The position numbers and the translations under genes were made by a program. A stretch of DNA of 64,000 nt from the IMG/VR virus record IMGVR_UViG_3300032240_001151, positions 1 to 64,000 of that record. One strand, written 5' to 3'. The stretch comes from a virus. The notes under the pieces were generated by a model. The model worked only from the letters and a program-made list of their open reading frames with translations, did no database searches and was not told where the DNA came from. Positions 61,193-64,000 of the stretch are shown in pieces (the stretch's first letter is position 1; every line of letters starts with the position of its first letter).

Positions 61193-61218
61193 TAATATTT
61201 ATAGAAGATCAATTTACA

Positions 61219-62061
61219 ATGAAGCTTAAACATAATAAACTTCGGAATACCGGCCTTTTGTTTGAATTGCTTGTTAGGCAAATCACTAGTGATACGCTTA
61301 ATAATAAAGAATCAAAAGCCGTTGATATTTTGAAAAACAACTTTAACAATAACGCTATTGCTAAGGAGTATAAGATATACAAGGCTCTTTTGAACAACAA
61401 AAACCTATCCGAAGCAAAAGCCAATATTGTTATTGAATCCTCTATAGAGGCACATAAAAAGTTGAATAAGAGCTTGTTAAATAGCCAAAAGTACAAGTTA
61501 ATATCTCAAATTAAGGAGAACTATGACATTGAAGAGTTCTTTAAATCTAAGATAGAGAACTATAAAACCTTGGCTTCTGTGTACATGTTGTTTGAAATGT
61601 ACCAGTCTGATAGCATAGATCCTCAAAATGAAGTAAAATATAAGTTTTCCATAATGGAAGACATATGTGCAGGTACTAAAGAGACTAAAAAAGACCCTGT
61701 ATTAGAGGAGTATGAGACTTTTGATAAAGGTACCAAAGCTTTAGTTTACAAATTAATGGTACAAAAATTCAATGAAAAGTACAGTGAGTTTAATAAAAAT
61801 CAAAAAAAGCTATTAAAAGAGTATATAAACAGCATAACAACTCCGGAAACTTTTAAGGAGTATGTAAACGAAGAATTTGACAGGCTTAAAAACAAACTAA
61901 GCACTTTGTCTAAAAAAGTAAATGACGAAGTAAGAAAAATAAAAATTCAAGAGGTTATAAATATAATAAAGCCGGTGTCCCAGCATAAACAAGTTTGTGA
62001 TTTGGACTTAGAAAATCTATTACATTATTACGAATTGGAAAAAGAATTAGAAAATGTCTAA
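61219..62061 (+). CDS. conserved head-region hypothetical protein
   Basis: KHNKLRNTGLLFELLVRQ; ATATTTAT at 61195. Confidence 0.75.
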   Translation: MKLKHNKLRNTGLLFELLVRQITSDTLNNKESKAVDILKNNFNNNAIAKEYKIYKALLNNKNLSEAKANIVIESSIEAHKKLNKSLLNSQKYKLISQIKENYDIEEFFKSKIENYKTLASVYMLFEMYQSDSIDPQNEVKYKFSIMEDICAGTKETKKDPVLEEYETFDKGTKALVYKLMVQKFNEKYSEFNKNQKKLLKEYINSITTPETFKEYVNEEFDRLKNKLSTLSKKVNDEVRKIKIQEVINIIKPVSQHKQVCDLDLENLLHYYELEKELENV

Positions 62062-62287
62062 AAAAAATGTAAAAGAAATGTCTTCCACAGGTGGAGGAGC
62101 TCCGGCAGCAGATCAAGGGCATGCAAATCCTGGAGATGGTGAAGGTATGGCAACTAAATATGGATTTGGAGGTGCTGGGGGAACAAAGGCTAAAAGAAAA
62201 AAAGGATTGATAAAGAAAAAATTTGCTGAGTCTAAAGATATTGACTTGGCTTTGGAGTATAAAAGATTATTTAAAAAGGAACTATAA
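62054..62287 (+). CDS. hypothetical protein
   Basis: Coupled ORF. Confidence 0.65.
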   Translation: MSKKNVKEMSSTGGGAPAADQGHANPGDGEGMATKYGFGGAGGTKAKRKKGLIKKKFAESKDIDLALEYKRLFKKEL

Positions 62288-62841
62288 TGACAACACAGCA
62301 ATTATACCAGAAGGTATTGAACGAGCAATTAACTGAATCAGAATTTTTATGGCACGTTCGTAGGAATCCTATGTACAGTGATATGTTGACAAATACGATG
62401 TCATATAAAGATACCGTATCAAAGCTTAAAGGCAAAGGACATATCTTTGACCCAAAAGCTAATTCAGAAATAAAGCAAGGTTTTAACTTTTTTAGCGCAT
62501 TTAAATCATTGCAAGAGTCTCTTACTGAAGGTAAGAAGAATCAGCTAAAAGGTGGTAAAGGTGATAAACTTACAGCCGATGATGTAAACTACTATGAGTT
62601 TACTAAAGGTTGGAAGCATGAGCTAGAGCATACTGATGACATTGACAAAGCTAAAGAAATTGCTATAGATCACCTTGCTGAAGATCCAAACTATTATACT
62701 CGTCTTGAAATGATTGAGTTTAAAGCTAAGAAAAAAAATCGTACCGATCTTCCTATTGAAATTAAAAAGAGTAATTTCAAAGATAAGGACAATCAGATGA
62801 AGAATGCTCCAAAGAAAAAGGCTCCTAAAAAAGCTAAATAA
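62287..62841 (+). CDS. hypothetical protein with a conserved phage EHT...DHL.E.P.YY module
   Basis: KGWKHELEHTDDIDKAKEIAIDHLAEDPNYYTRL. Confidence 0.7.
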   Translation: MTTQQLYQKVLNEQLTESEFLWHVRRNPMYSDMLTNTMSYKDTVSKLKGKGHIFDPKANSEIKQGFNFFSAFKSLQESLTEGKKNQLKGGKGDKLTADDVNYYEFTKGWKHELEHTDDIDKAKEIAIDHLAEDPNYYTRLEMIEFKAKKKNRTDLPIEIKKSNFKDKDNQMKNAPKKKAPKKAK

Positions 62842-62843
62842 GA

Positions 62844-64000
62844 ATGAATCTTTACGAAGACATATATAATTTTTTTAACGAAGCTCGTCCTAGAACTGTA
62901 AATAAGGATGTAGAAGATATTAGAAAAGGTCAAGCTATTTACAAAGGAGAAACTCCTAAAGATTTTGAAAAAACTTTTTTAAGAAGGGAAGAACCTAGTC
63001 AAAAAAGTTTTTTAAAGCCACCCTCAGATATAAATCAAAAGTCTTCCTTTAAAAATGGAGCAGTACATAGAATTGTTTTTAGAACTGCATTTAAAGATCA
63101 AAAAAAAGCTTATTTTAGTATATACAGAAAAATATCTGAAAAAGAATATAAGGATCTAAAAAGTAATATTGAAATAAGTGCTACTGTATACCCTTCTGAT
63201 AAAAAAGAGCATTTTGAAGACGTATATTATTTAAATCCAGGAGAAGGAATTAGAAACGAAAAAGATGGGTTTGTACATCTAAACGATGCCCAGATAAAAG
63301 AAATAAAAGAAAAGTATTCTAAATACATGACCGAGTTTAATCCCGTATCTATAGAAGAGATAGCAAAGGGTTTAAAAATTAGGTATTATGAGTTTGATAA
63401 ATTAAAAGCTTTCTGGGATAATAGAATGATAGCTTTTAAAGGTAGTAAAGATAAAGGATCTGCAAAAGCGGCTAGAGATGCAGAAAAGATTGAAGCTTTA
63501 AAAACAGAGATAGAAGATTTTATAGAGTATAATAAAGAAAATGTTATAAAAATTACTGGATTACATGATAAATCTGTAAAACCAGGTATAAGTCCAGAAG
63601 ACAAAAAAGATTATGAAGATCTTAGAAATTCTTTTATTAAATCATATGTAAGCAATCTTAGAAAAATAAGCAAATTAGCAGCTGTTCAAGTATTGACTTC
63701 TTTAGAAGAAAAGTTAAAAGATAGAAGAGATTTATTTGATTTAATAAAGTCTTCTTACGAAGGAAAATCAAAACCTTCTACATCTACTAGCACTGCAAAA
63801 CAAAAAAGCAAGTTAGAAAAACCAGCAAAACCTTCTACAGACAAAGCTAGTTCTATTGAGTCTAAGGGAGGAGAGTTCATGTCTAATCAAAAACACATAG
63901 TAACTCTTAATAGGCTTATAAACGCTTTTTCTGAATCAGAAGATAAAGAAAAAAATGATAGAAAGGAAAGAGAGTATCAGAGAGATCAAATATTTGTATA
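62844..64000 (+). CDS. hypothetical protein, truncated by the window end
   Basis: ATG at 62844 (MNLYEDIYNFFNEARP...); absent from the ORF track, consistent with no stop inside the window. Confidence 0.6.
   Translation, partial: MNLYEDIYNFFNEARPRTVNKDVEDIRKGQAIYKGETPKDFEKTFLRREEPSQKSFLKPPSDINQKSSFKNGAVHRIVFRTAFKDQKKAYFSIYRKISEKEYKDLKSNIEISATVYPSDKKEHFEDVYYLNPGEGIRNEKDGFVHLNDAQIKEIKEKYSKYMTEFNPVSIEEIAKGLKIRYYEFDKLKAFWDNRMIAFKGSKDKGSAKAARDAEKIEALKTEIEDFIEYNKENVIKITGLHDKSVKPGISPEDKKDYEDLRNSFIKSYVSNLRKISKLAAVQVLTSLEEKLKDRRDLFDLIKSSYEGKSKPSTSTSTAKQKSKLEKPAKPSTDKASSIESKGGEFMSNQKHIVTLNRLINAFSESEDKEKNDRKEREYQRDQIFV

Noticed and set aside
126-63604. Many short antisense or nested ORFs in the track (e.g. 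126..398, 4042..4224, 21541..21837, 47461..47943, 63386..63604)
   Set aside because: Shadows of longer, motif-bearing genes on the opposite strand or in another frame
1-64000. Stop-codon reassignment
   Set aside because: Core genes (TerL, portal, primase, gp6) are intact under code 11 and all three stops are used

Overview
A 64 kb AT-rich segment of a large T4-like (myovirus-type) dsDNA phage, most likely infecting Bacteroidota: it has TAnnTTTG promoters, A-rich leaders without Shine-Dalgarno sites, and standard genetic code 11. Positions 1-5.6 kb hold small minus-strand accessory genes (MIB/HERC2-domain protein, RadC/JAB, 3D-domain protein, lipoproteins). Positions 5.6-8.4 kb are a strand-switch control region with MraZ-like boxes, a canonical parS, a ~1.1 kb GC-enriched ORF-free region full of helices, a ~46 nt anticodon-less tRNA-like element, a duplicated promoter unit and C-rich repeats. 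Positions 8.4-64 kb are mostly plus-strand late genes: a BspA-LRR array, a gp55-like sigma factor, baseplate genes, a GH19 lysin, a Pro/Thr mucin-like protein plus glycosyltransferase cassette, primase, many putative head-internal proteins, TerL and portal. The best candidates for new biology are (1) the protein + mini-tRNA + large structured RNA unit next to parS/MraZ boxes and (2) a GT60-initiated mucin-type virion glycosylation cassette that appears to split a structural gene. All family calls come from motif recognition by eye, not database searches.
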